From Octopus vulgaris (taxonomy: Eukaryota): a stretch of DNA of 64,000 nt. Below are positions 37,397-49,276 of the stretch, piece by piece. The DNA lies in contig OX597816.1 of assembly GCA_951406725.2 (NCBI GenBank), forward strand, positions 60,140,001 to 60,204,000, given 5' to 3'. Made by a program: the position numbers and the translations under genes. The notes beneath the pieces were generated by a model. It searched no databases. It was not told where the DNA came from and saw only the letters and a program-made list of their open reading frames with translations. Positions within the stretch are counted from its first letter, which is position 1, and every line of letters starts with the position of its first letter.

Positions 37397-39352
37397 GGCG
37401 TGGGAGTGGCTGTGTGGTAAGTAGCTTGCTTACCAACCACATGGTTCTGGGTTCAGTCCCACTGCGTGGCACCTTGGGCAAATGTCTTCTACTATAGCCT
37501 TGGGCTGACCAAAGCCTTGTGAGTGGATTTGGTAGACGGAAACTGAAAGAAACCCGTTGTAAATATGTATATATATATATATCATCATCATCATCGTTTA
37601 ACGTCCGTTCTCCATGCTAGCATGGGTTGGACAGTTCGACCGGGGATCTGGGAAGCCAGAAGGCTGCACCAGGCTCCAGTCTTATCTGGCAATGTTTCTA
37701 CAGCTGGATCCCCTTCCTAACGCCAACCACTCCGTGAGTGTAGTGGGTGCTTTTTACATGCCACCTGCACAGGTGCCAGGCGAGGCTGGCAACAGCCACG
37801 GTCGGATTGGTGTATTTTACGTGCCACCGGCACGGAAGCCAGTCGAGGCGGCGCTGGCATCGGCCACGAGTTGGATAGTGCTTTTTACGTACCACCAGAC
37901 CAGGGGTCCTGGCTGGTTCAATTCGATTCCGATTTCGCTTGCCCCAACATGTCTTTGCAAGCAAAGGGGGTTGGCATGGGTGCCTGTCGTCGGATGAGGT
38001 TCTATATCGACTTCGCTTGCCTCAACAGGTCTTTGTGTCCAAGGGAGTAAAGGCATGCATTAGTGGGCTGGGCTCACTTGTCCTGCCTGGTCTTCTCACG
38101 TACAGCATATTTCCAAAGGTCTCGGTCGCTGGTCATTTCTTCAGTGAGGCCTAAAGTTCGAAGGTCGTGCTTCACCACTTCGTCCCAGGTTTTCCTGGGT
38201 CTACCTCTTCCATGGGTTCCCTCAACTGCTAGGGATTGGCACTTTCTCACACACCTATCTTCATCCATTCTCGCCACATGACCATACCAGCGCAATCGTC
38301 TCTCTTGCACACCACAACTGATGCTTCTTAGGTACAACATTTCTCTCAAGGTACTAACGCTCTGTCGAGTATGTACACTGACATTACACATCCAACGGAG
38401 CATACTGGCTTCATTCCTCACGAGCTTACGCATGTCCTCAGCAATCACGGCCCATGTTTCACTGCCATGTAGCATGGCTGTTCGTACACATGCATCATAC
38501 AGTCTGCCTTTTACTCTGAGCGAGAGGCCTTTAGTCACCAGCAGAGGTAAGAGCTCCCTAAACTTTGCCCAGGCTATTCTTATTCTAGCAGTTACACTTT
38601 CAGCTCACCCACCCCTACTACTGACTTGGTCACCTAGATAACGGAAGCTATCAACTACTTCTAGTTTTTCCCCCTAGAAAGTGACGGAAGTTGTTTTCTG
38701 CAGATTTTTCGGAGGTTAATGCTCCCGAGCATCTGCCACATACAAAAACTATCTTCCCAGTTAGCCTACCTTTGACATTGCTGCACCTCTTATGTGTCCA
38801 TAGCTTACAATGGGTACATCTTATAGAGTTTCTGCCTACACCTTTTCTACAGATCGAGCAGGGCCATCTTCCTGAAGACATTTGTGGATTGTCTACCTTC
38901 CTACTTATTAGGACTTTGGTTTTAGCTAGGTTGACTCTAAGGCCCCTCGATTCTAAACCCTCCTTCCACACCTGGAACTTCTCCTCCAGTTCTGATAGTG
39001 ACTCAGCAATTAAAGCAAGGTCGTCAGCATAGAGGAGCTCCCTGGGGCAACCTGTCTTGAATTCCTCCGTAATTGCCTGGAGGACTATGATAAATAGGAT
39101 GGGGCTGAGTACTGAACCCTGGTGGACCCCAACCTCTACTTTGAATTCTTCTGTGTACATGTTGCCAACCCTAACCTTACTTACGGCATCTCTGTACATG
39201 GCTTGCACAGCCATCACCAGCCATTCATCTATCCCTAGTTTCCTCATTGACCACCAGATAAGGGATCGGGGGACCCTATCAAAGGCTTTCTCCATGTCAA
39301 CGAAAGCCAGGTACAGGGGCTTATCTTTGGCTAGGTATTTCTCCTGCAGCTG

Positions 39353-39400
<48 letters not shown>

Positions 39401-39610
39401 ATATATGTTTGTGTGTCTGTGTTTGCCCCAACATGGCTTGACAACCGATGCTGGTGTGTTTACTTCCCCTGTAACTTAGCAGTTCGGCAAAAGACACCGA
39501 TAGAATAAATACTAGGCTTGCAAAGAATAAGTCCTGGGTTCGATTTGCTCGACTAAAGGCGGTACTCGAGCATGGCTGCAGCCAAATGACTGAAACAAGT
39601 AAAAGAGTAA
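37397..39610 (+). mobile_element. SINE A split by an RTE LINE insertion
   Basis: The 5' half (37397-37580) and 3' half (39358-39610) are collinear and interrupted exactly in the internal (TA)n. Confidence 0.9.
37581..39357 (-). pseudogene. RTE-clade LINE, 5'-truncated (RT, Cys/His finger, C-terminus, 3' UTR)
   Basis: FVDMEKAFDRV, GVHQGSVLSPILF, LLYADDL, GLRVNLAKTK, LHGSETW, RRLRWYGHVARM and RGRPRKTW. Frameshift near 38690. (ATG)n tail. Confidence 0.95.
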
Positions 39611-39665
39611 TTTAGGCAGTAATAATACTGAGATGTAATATTTATCCCCATTAAGACTAAGTTAT

Positions 39666-39783
39666 GTGGAGGTGCAATGGCCCAATGGTTAGGGCAGTGG
39701 ACTCGCAGTCGGAGGATTGCGGTTTCGATTCCCAGACCAGGTGATGTGTGTGTTTATTGAGCGAAAGCACCTAAAGCCCCACG
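39666..39783 (+). mobile_element. SINE D head
   Basis: Homologous to the reverse complement of 11540-11657. Confidence 0.8.
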
Positions 39784-40139
39784 ATACTGGTTGTTAAGCA
39801 TTGGGTGTGGGAACATAAACCAATACTGGTTGTTAAGCATTGGGTGTGGGAACATAAACAAACACAAAGACACACATCCATAAGCACACACACACTTATA
39901 CACACACATATATATACACAACAAGCTTCTACCCAGTTTCCATCTAACAAATTCACTCACAAGGCTGTTGCCACAGTTGTAAGTCAGTGGATTGACAAAA
40001 TTTTTATAACACTGGAGAAAATGCCTTGTGGTATTTATTCTAGCTGTTTGGATTCTGACTTCAAATTCTGTCAAAGTCAAACTTTGCTTTCATCTTTGTA
40101 GGGGTTAATGAAATAAACTACCAGTCAAATACTAGAGGT

Positions 40140-40400
40140 GATACCATTAAAAAAAGTTACCTTCTTGAGCTATACCAACTCATAAGGACCAGTTTCCCAG
40201 TTTCATAGCATATATATTCCTCACCTGGACAGAACACTGGTCTCTCACAAGATTACTTATTATTGTCAGCTGAGTGGACTGAAGCGATGTGAAATGAAGT
40301 GTTTTGCTGAAGAACACAGTGTGTCACCTTGTCCAGGAATCCAAACCACCATCTTATGATCATGAGTCTAACACCCTAACCACTAAGCCACGTGCGTCCA
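40140..40400 (-). mobile_element. SINE C-related element with a different 3' body
   Basis: Minus-strand head GTGGCTTAGTGGTTAGGGTG and core TGTGTTCTTCAGCAAAACACTT. The 3' part is unlike that of 788-1086. Confidence 0.65.
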
Positions 40401-40969
40401 CTAGTTGATGTCATTCCCTTGCACCTTCTGCCAAAATTGTTGGTTTTGTGCCTTAAAAACATTGGTTTTCAAATTATAGTTGTTAAGCCCCTGTGTCAAC
40501 CCATACCATCTTTTTAGGTCTATGTAGGAATACATTATCAGATGTTTCTTGTCCTTAAGTTAGACAAGTGTACAATTTGAATGAAATTTGGCTGCTATAT
40601 CTAGCAGGCCAAACAACCACATAGTGGCTCCTTTGTTAGCTTGATGTTGTTTAATTCTGTGTTAGTTCTGACTGAACACACCTCTGATTACAGACACTCT
40701 GGCCTTCACCATCTTGTTTTTCTTTTTGTGGAGTGGTTGCCACAGTATACTCTTATTCAATGTGCCCTTTTTATGACAGGAGGGTGTTGTTTAAGGGAAA
40801 TTTTTTGACTGCTGTTGACAGCAGGAAGACCAAGCACTTACAAGCTCCTCCATTTCCTCTCTCACATTACAGGTTCCAAATCATGTTAAAATTCTTCTTG
40901 TAAAAGACCAGTATCTTATACAGAGAAAGATTTGTTATATTCTTAATTCTATAAAACAATAGCAATATA

Positions 40970-41533
40970 TTGGGTTGTCGTGCCGATTTTTAAAGGAAAG
41001 AAAAAGGTCAATAAATACTTGCCATTACCCAAGCTTTACCAGGTGCTCATGAACAATGGATTTTGATAGGTTGAGGCTTTCTGCCAATTCTTGGGTTGCA
41101 TAATGTGGGTTATTCTCAATTAATGACTTGATTTGGTCATCATCTGTAGTGGATGGTCTGCCTGATCGCTCTTTATCAATAAGGCTACAATCTCTAGCTC
41201 GGAACCTCGCGAACCACTTCCGTACAATTCTTTCGGATAAAGAAACATCAACGTAAACTGCACATATTTCTTTGGTTGCTTGTGAGGCATTTTTCCCTTT
41301 ATGGTAAAAGAAAAGCATCAAGTGCCGAAAATGAACTTTCTTATCTTCCATTTTAAAGGGTTACAGAATTAACACAGGTTATAGGAACATAAACCTTCCT
41401 CCACGAAAAGATAGCTTAAACTGTGCTCTAAATGGAGGTGTAGACAAATCCTATTTTATGGACTCAACCATGTTCTAAATTGAGTTGAATGGTAAGCTAC
41501 TATAAATCGGCACAAATTTTCCGGACAACCCAA
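40970..41533 (-). mobile_element. mariner deletion derivative, same family as 19334-19889
   Basis: Same TIR and 5' UTR, with TA flanks. The TIR at 40970 has a 10-bp deletion. Confidence 0.92.
41025..41351 (-). CDS. Truncated mariner transposase, N-terminal HTH DNA-binding region only (108 aa)
   Basis: MEDKKVHFRHLMLFFYHKGKNASQA...SERIVRKWFARFR...RSGRPST...ELAESLNLSKSIVHEHLVKLG matches the Mos1/Hsmar-type paired HTH. The stop is created at the deletion junction. Expression is unknown. Confidence 0.6.
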   Translation of the reverse strand: MEDKKVHFRHLMLFFYHKGKNASQATKEICAVYVDVSLSERIVRKWFARFRARDCSLIDKERSGRPSTTDDDQIKSLIENNPHYATQELAESLNLSKSIVHEHLVKLG

Positions 41534-41694
41534 TACTAACCTTCAAACTGCTACTATAGGTTTTTAGTATAATTAGCAGAGCATTAGACAAAATGCATTG
41601 TGTTGCTTAGTGAAGTCTCTTTATGTTCCATATTAAAACTCCAGGACTATCTTTGTCTTTCATTCTGGGTGATAGACTTAATCTGCTGTTGCAT

Positions 41695-41922
41695 TTAACC
41701 TTCTAGCATTTAAACTGACCATATCTGGCCAAAATATTCTTCCTGCTTTATGTTCAAGCTGACCAAATCTGATCCCTCACACCTAACCTACAATGACATT
41801 CTAAAAATAAGCACTTACATCATCAAACGCTTGAAGCTACAAGATAATTCATGATTGATTCAAAACAATTGGAATTTATAAGAATTACATTTGACAGAAT
41901 AATCTTAATGCTAAAGAGTTAA
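41695..41922. mobile_element. TTAA MITE, family 2, intact
   Basis: TTAACCTTCTAGCATT...AATGCTAAAGAGTTAA. Confidence 0.8.
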
Positions 41923-42151
41923 TGTCATATGAACTTTGGGTGATTTAGTAGAGTCCACACAGCTATGAGCATTTGGGGTGGGTCTCCAGTTGGAGGAAAA
42001 CTGCTTTCTTTTCTGTCTCCCTCCAACCAAATCACTCAGAGCTTCTGAGAGGGGTAGAAGGCACTACAAGTACTGAGTTTGAGATAACTAATTATACCTA
42101 TCCCAAAATTTGTAACTTTGTACCTACTTATGCTAGAAAATGTTCATTATC

Positions 42152-42425
42152 AAGGCAGTGAGCTGGCAGAAACGTTAGCAGGCCGGACGAAATGCTTAGC
42201 AGTATTTCATCTGCCGTTATGCTCTGAGTTCAAATTCTGCCGAGGTCGACTTTGTCTTTCATCCTCTCGGGGTCGTAAATTAAGTACCAGTTACACACTG
42301 GGGTCGATCTAATTGACTTAATCCCTTTGTCTGTCCTTGTTTGTCCCCTCTATGTTTAGCCCCTTGTGGGTAATAAAGAAATAAGAAAATGTTCATTATC
42401 ATCATTTTTATTGTTGTTGTTGTTG

Positions 42426-42472
<47 letters not shown>

Positions 42473-42730
42473 GTTTTTGTTGTTGTTGTTGTTGAGTGTG
42501 CAGCAAGCTGGCAGAATTGTTAGCATGTCAGGCGAAATGCTTAGTGGCATTTTGTCCATCGCTATGTTCTGAGTTCAAATTCCACTGAGGTCAACTTTGC
42601 CTTTCATCATTTCAGGGTTGATAAAATAAGTACCAGATAAAATAAGTACTGGGGTCGATAAAATTGACTAGCTGCCTCTCGCAAAATTTCAGGTCTTGTA
42701 TCTATAGTTGAAAGGATTATTATTATTATT
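42152..42730 (+). mobile_element. Two SINE B copies (B1, B2) separated by (TTG)n(TTA)n
   Basis: Direct match to the family consensus seen elsewhere in the window. Confidence 0.88.
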
Positions 42731-42732
42731 AT

Positions 42733-43252
42733 TGAGTGAAGGAGCAGCACATACCATTAAAGTGATGCTGGGATACAATTATATTAAGCCCAATGTACCC
42801 ATCATGATTACCTCTCTGGTAAGAATACAACAGGCACATGTATCCCAACCATATGTGCATGACATGGTGACCTTATATCAAGATAGACAGTGTATGATCT
42901 TGCATGTGGGGTCCATTTAGAATTTTCTTCCGGTCGAGTAGCACATGCAACTCAAAAATTTCTGAATAATGGTTGTTTAAGGATGACTAATAAAATAACC
43001 AGGGGTGAATTATTAAAATCCCAGAGTCCTTCTATGATACTTCCTAACTACTCCTATTCATGATCAGAGATGCACATAACATCAGCCACCAAAGGACATG
43101 TTGAACTGGTTAAGGGCAAGCAACTGACAAGCAAATTTACATTATTGAATAGAATATTTGTTGTAGCCCATCTTTTATACCAAGACAAAACATGTACATG
43201 AGTTAAGATAGAAGCCATGAGAGCCACTGCCTGGTATTGCATCAGGGCATTT
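42733..43252 (-). mobile_element. (AAT)n-tailed retroposon 3' segment (family E, possibly a Dong/R4-type 3' UTR)
   Basis: Homologous copies at 53483-53815 (minus) and 56918-57520 (plus) share one end abutting (AAT)n and vary at the other end. The clade assignment is inference. Confidence 0.65.
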
Positions 43253-43288
43253 ATGATTATTATTATAATTACTATTATTATTATTATT

Positions 43289-46064
43289 ACTCGAAGCCTT
43301 GACGAAATAGAAGGGGATATAGCTTCACATGGGATAGAAGACAACTGGAGGTTCCTACGGGACAACCTGCTAAGGGCCACCGACCAGATCTGTGGATAGT
43401 GCAAAGTCCCCTCTAGACCCAAAATAACGTGGTGGTGGAACAATGTTGTTCACAGGGCTATTAGACAAAAGAAACAGGCTTGGAAGGACTGGAAGAACGG
43501 TGGTAGCAGGGAAAAGTATCAGACTGCCAGAAGGGAAGCTAGGAGGCAGGTTTATTTAACCAAAGGGGAAGCAGATAACAAAAAATTTGCCAATGTTCTG
43601 TGTCGTGAGGACAAAAGACTTGAAGTATTTCGTGTTGCAAGATAGTGTGCAAGAGAGAATCGTGATGTGGTAGGAGAAAAATGTGTTTGCATGGATGATG
43701 GTTCACTTGCGCTAAGTGAAGATGCAAAGAGAGTGGTTTGGCGATGCCACTATGAAAGGTTGCTGAATAAAGAAAATGATTGAGATAAAGAGAGTCTGCC
43801 AAATGTCGACCCAACAGAGGGACCAGCTATCCGAGTTGACAGTTCCTTGGTAGTTAAGGCAATTAGAAGCATGAAGACATGGAAAGCCCCAGGCCCATCA
43901 GGAATTACTGCAGAGATGCTCAAAATATCTAGCAGTGTCGGCTATAGCCTAGTCACCCATATAGATAACCAGGTGATACACAAAGGAGTCATACCCAATG
44001 ACTGGTGTAGCAGCATAATAGTCAACTGCTACAAAATAATTACAGAGGTATCAAGCTGTTGGATCAGGTAATGAAGGTTACAGAGAGGGTCATAGCCCAA
44101 CTGATCAGGGAGAGAGTCAACTTGGATGAGATGCAATTTGGTTTCGTGCCAGGGAAAAGCACCACTGATGCTATATTTCTGGTAAGACAGCTGCAGGAGA
44201 AATACCTAGCCAAAGATAAACCCCTGTACCTGGCTTTCGTTGACATGGAGAAAGCCTTTGACAGGGTCCCCCGATCCCTTATCTGGTGGTCAATGAGGAA
44301 ACTAGGGATAGATGAATGGTTAGTGAGAGCTGTGCAAGCCATGTACAGAGACACTGTAAGTAAGGTAAGGGTTGGCAATGAGTACACTGAAGAATTCAAG
44401 GTAGAGGTTGGGGTCCACCAGGGTTCAGTCCTCAGCCCTCTCCTAGTTATCATAGTCCTCCAGGCAATAATGGAGGAATTCAAGACAGGATGCCCCTGGG
44501 AGCTCCTCTATGCTGACGACCTTGCTCTAATTGCTGAGTCACTATCAGAACTAGAGGAGAAGTTTCAAGTGTGGAAACAAGGATTAGAATCGAAGGGCCT
44601 TAGAATCAACCTAGCTAAAACCAAAGTCCTAATAAGTAGGAAGGCAGGCAAACCACAAATGCCTTCAGGTAGATGGCCCTGCTCGATCTGTAGTAGAGGC
44701 GTGGGTAGAAACTCTATAAGATGTACCCAGTGTAAGCTATGAACACATAAGAGGTGCAGTAATATCAAAGGAATGCTAACTGGGAAGATAGATTTTGTAT
44801 GTGGCAGATGCTTGGGAGCGATAAACACTGAAAATATGCAGAGACCAACTTCCGCCACATTCCAGGGAGAAAACCAGAAGTAGTTGATAGCTTCCGTTAT
44901 CTAGGTGACCAAGTCAGTAGTGGAGGAGGGTGCACTGAAAGTGTAGCTGCTAGAATAAGAATAGCTTGGGCAAAGTTCAGAGAGCTCTTACCTCTGCTGG
45001 TGACAAAGGGCCTCTCGCTCAGAGTAAAAGGCAGACTGTATGATGCATGTGTACAAATAGCCATGCTACACGGCAGTGAAACATGGGCTGTGACTGCTGA
45101 GGATATGCATAAGCTCACAAGGAATGAAGCCAGTATAATCCGATGGATGTGTAATGTCAGTGTGCATACTCAACAGAGTGTAAGCACCTTGAGAGAAAAG
45201 TTGGACCTAAGAAGCATTAGATGTGGTGTGCAAGAGAGATGAATGCGCTGGTATGTTCATGTGGCGAGAACGGATGAGGATAGCAGTGTGAAAAAGTGCC
45301 ACACCCTAGCAGTTGAGGGAACCTGTGGAAGAGGTAGACCCAGGAAGACCTGGGATGAAGTGGTGAAACACGACCTTCGAACATTAGGCCTCACCAAGAA
45401 AATGACTAGCGACCGAGACTTTTGGAAATATACTGTGCTTGAGAAGACCCGGCAAGCCAGATGAGACCATAACCCTTGGCCTATGCCAGGAGCATAACCA
45501 GCCCGCTTATGCATACTTTTTCCTTCTTTGGTCACTAAACTCTGTTTGCGAAGACCTGTTGAGGCAAGTGAAATCAATATCAAAATCAAAATCAATTCGA
45601 TGACTGGCATCTGTGCTAGCGGGGTGCAAAGAGCACCATACGAGTGTGATTGTTGACAGAGCGGCTATTCGAGTATGGTTGTTACCAGCATCGCCTTACT
45701 GGCACTTATGTCTGTGCTAGTAGGGTGCCAAGAGCGTGATCGTTGCCAGAGCAGCTGCCATACCCATGGCACGTTAAAGAGCACCATTCGAGCGTGATCG
45801 TTACGAACGTCACTTCACTGGCACTTGTAAAAAAATTTGAGCGAGGTCATTGCTAGTACCACCTGAGTGGACCCCATGCCGATGGCACATAAAAAGCACT
45901 CACTACACTCTCGGAGTGGTTGGCATTAGGAAGGGCATCCAGATGTAGAAACTCTGCCAGACCAAAACTGGAGCCTGGTGCATCCATCTGGTTTGCCAGC
46001 CCTCAGTCAAAATCGTCCAACCCATGCTAGAATGGAAAGCGAACGTTAAACGATGATGATGATG
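43289..46064 (+). pseudogene. RTE-clade LINE, 5'-truncated (EN-RT linker, RT, finger, C-terminus, ~600-bp 3' UTR)
   Basis: TWWWNN, KAPGPSGI, QFGFVPGKSTTDAIF, FVDMEKAFDRV, GVHQGSVLSP, YADDL and FRYLG. Several stops and frameshifts. ORF2 ends at 45464. (ATG)n tail. Confidence 0.96.
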
Positions 46065-46088
46065 ATTATTATTATTATTATTATTATT

Positions 46089-46775
46089 AAGGCATCAAAC
46101 TGGCAGAATCGTTAGCATGCCAGGTGAAATGCTTAGCAATATTTCATCCATCCTCATGTTCTGAGTTCAAATGCTGCTGAGGTTGACTTTACCTTCCCTC
46201 CTTTCTCGGTCAATAAAATAAACACCAGTTGAGTACTGGAGTCGATCTAATTGACTGGCCCCCTCCTTCAAAATTTCAGGCCTTGTGCCTATAGTGGAAA
46301 GGATTACTATTATTATTAACAGGGCAGTGAGCTGGCAGAATCATTTGCACACTGGATGAAATGTTTAGCGGCATTTTGTCCATCGCTATATTCTGAGTTC
46401 AAATTCCACTGACGTCAACTTTGCCTTTCATTCTTTTGGGGTTGACAAATTAAGAACCAATTGAATGCTGGAGTTGATGTAACAGACTCATCACCTTCCC
46501 CCAAAAGCTACCCTTGTGGCAAAATTTGAAACCATTATTATTATTATTAAGGTAGCACATCGGGCAAAATGCTTTATGGTATTTTGTCTGCATTTATGTT
46601 CTGAGTTCAAACTTTGCCGAAGTCACCTTTGCCTTTCTTCCTTTCGGGGTCAATAAATTAAATACCAGTGAAACACTGGGATTGATGTTATCAACCAGTC
46701 CCCTCCCACCAAATCTGAGGCCTTGTGCCTCCAGTAGAAAGGATTATTATTATTATTATTATTAATTATTATTAT
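46089..46775 (+). mobile_element. Tandem array of three SINE B copies with (ATT)n spacers
   Basis: GAGTTCAAA core at about 46163, 46394 and 46603. Confidence 0.88.
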
Positions 46776-46911
46776 TATTAAGTTCTTTGACTGCTTAACC
46801 AAACAGAATGCCTATATGTAGTGTTTTGTTTTGTTTATGTTTTCTATTGTACCAAGACTATATTCTCTATAAAGTATGGACAAATCCTGGCTGTTATATC
46901 TTTGTATGATG

Positions 46912-46968
<57 letters not shown>

Positions 46969-47659
46969 GTGTTTCCCTAAGTCCTGAGGTTTGAGTTTTT
47001 ATATATACAAATAAATTAGTCTGCATTTTTTCTATCATTGCCAAGGCACCTATTGTTTAATGGTATTGTTTCTATTTCCAGTTATCATCACCATCATCAT
47101 CCTCATCATCATCAGCTGCAGCAGCAGCAGCAGTAGTAGTAGTTGTAGTACCACCATTATTGTATTATCAGCACTATAATTATTGTTCCATTGTTGCATT
47201 TGTAGTTATTATTCTTCATTCTCCTCTATTGTTTCTTCATTCCATTTTCACTATTTACGTTGTAAACACCATTCCATCCTGTTTATGTAAAAATATTTGC
47301 TACATATTTGTCAAAATTTGAATATCAGAAGACTGTCTGTTTATTCTGTAAAGTTACCGATATTTTTATGCTGTTGTTATAGTTGTGGTACGTTGTGAGT
47401 TGAATAAGTGAAGGTTTGTGATTCCTAATTCCTCCTAATGTCATTTTTCAATTTTTTTCTTTTTTTTCTTGTAGTTCTATTTTTTTTTGGCATTTTTTTG
47501 GCTTATTGCTTCCAGAATTCTTTTGAATGAATGCATAAATAAAAGAATGTCAGAATAGCAGGGAAATAACAATATGATAGATACAACAAATTGAAGTTCC
47601 ATTTCTTTCAAAGATGGTAGCCAATGAATTTGATAAGAAAAAAATCTCTGGATGAATGA

Positions 47660-47759
47660 AAGGGGCTGTACGGAAACAAGGAAGGGGCTATGTGGAGACA
47701 AGGAAGGGGCTGTGGAGACAAGGAAGGGGCTATGTGGAGACAAGGAAGGGGAAATGTGG
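47660..47759. repeat. 20-22-bp minisatellite, about 4.5 units
   Basis: AAGGGGCT(AT)GTGGAGACAAGG repeated. Confidence 0.9.
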
Positions 47760-47894
47760 TAAAGAAATTCACTTTGCAATCATGAAGGTTTGAGGCCAGG
47801 ATCTGCTTTGCAACACTTGGTCAAGTGTCTTCTATCATAATTTCATTATGAGTAAAACTGAGTAGATGAAGTATATTTTGTTACTTGTTTTTTT

Positions 47895-48237
47895 TGCTTG
47901 TTTCAGTCATTTGACTGTGGCCATGCTGAAGCACCACCTTCAAGGGTTTTGGTCACAAATCAACCCCAGGACTTCTCTTTTGCTGAACAGCTAAGTTACG
48001 TAAGTACACAAACACCGGTTATCAAGCGGTGATGAGGAAACAGACACAAACACAAAGACACAAATACACACACACACATATATACACGACAGGTTTCCAT
48101 CTATCAAATCGACTCACAAGGCTTTGGTCGGCCTGAGGCTATAATAGAAGACACTTGCCCAAAGTGCCATGCAGTAGGACTGAACCCAAAACCATGTGGT
48201 TGCAAAGTGAACTTCCTAACCACATACCCATGCCTGT
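47895..48237 (-). mobile_element. SINE A with internal deletions
   Basis: Tail, middle section and head are all recognisable. Confidence 0.8.
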
Positions 48238-48423
48238 GCCTTATCTCTACGGGATGGTTATCTTTTTCATACAGAAAACAATAGACATAATTGTCTCAAT
48301 GTTTGAATTATTAAAGCATAATAAAGTTTAATCCTACAACTCCATAATTTGGGCAAGTATCTTTTACCATATCTCCGATTGGATTGAAGCCTTGAGAGCA
48401 AAATTATTTGAAGGGAAACTGTG

Positions 48424-48836
48424 TGGCAAGCTGGCAGAAGCGTTAACACGCCAGGCGAAATGCTTAGCAGTATTTTGTCTGCCGCTACGTTCTGAGTTCA
48501 AATTCCGCTGAGGTCGACTTTGCTTTTCATCTTTCCGGAGTCGATTAAATAAATACCAGTTACACACTGGAGTCGATATAATTGACTTAATCCGTTTGTC
48601 TGTCCTTGTTTGTCCTCTCTGTGTTTAGCCCTTTGTGGGTAGTAAAGTAATAGGTATTTCGTCTGTCTTTACGTTCAAATTCCGCTGAGGTATACTTTGC
48701 CTTTCATCCTTTCGGGGTCAATTAAATAAGTACCAGTTATGCACTGGAGTCGATATAATCGACTTAATACATTTGTCTGTCCTTGTTTGTCCCCTCTGTG
48801 TGTAGCCCCTTGTGGGTAGTAAAGAAATAAGAAATA
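48424..48836 (+). mobile_element. SINE B1 dimer
   Basis: A full unit followed by a headless unit starting GGTATTTCGTCTG at about 48653. Confidence 0.88.
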
Positions 48837-49228
48837 GGAAACTGCGTGGAAGTTTGTCGCATGGAATTTACCTATAATTTAAAAACAAAAAACAAACCAA
48901 AAAAAATCAGCCATGTCACTCACTCATATACTGTTATATTGATTCTGCCTAAGGATTACATTAAGGGTAGAAGCATCTTGGGAATACTTACCCGGTTATT
49001 CTATAATTCAATATGTAAGTAGTTTTATTGATCAAAATAAGTGGAACGCAAAATCCATCATGTGTTAAGTAGAATAAAAAATATAAATGGGAATATGATG
49101 TATGCATGATATATGCCTACACACATATACCTACAAATACATACATATGCACACATTTACATACATATGCATTTCCTTAGACATACATTCACACACTCAC
49201 ACATATGTCTGTATGTCTGTACTGCAAA

Positions 49229-49276
<48 letters not shown>

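Noticed and set aside
38063-39479. Plus-strand ORFs of 72-140 aa (and minus-strand ORFs at 44064-45610)
   Set aside because: Antisense shadows of the RTE ORF2.
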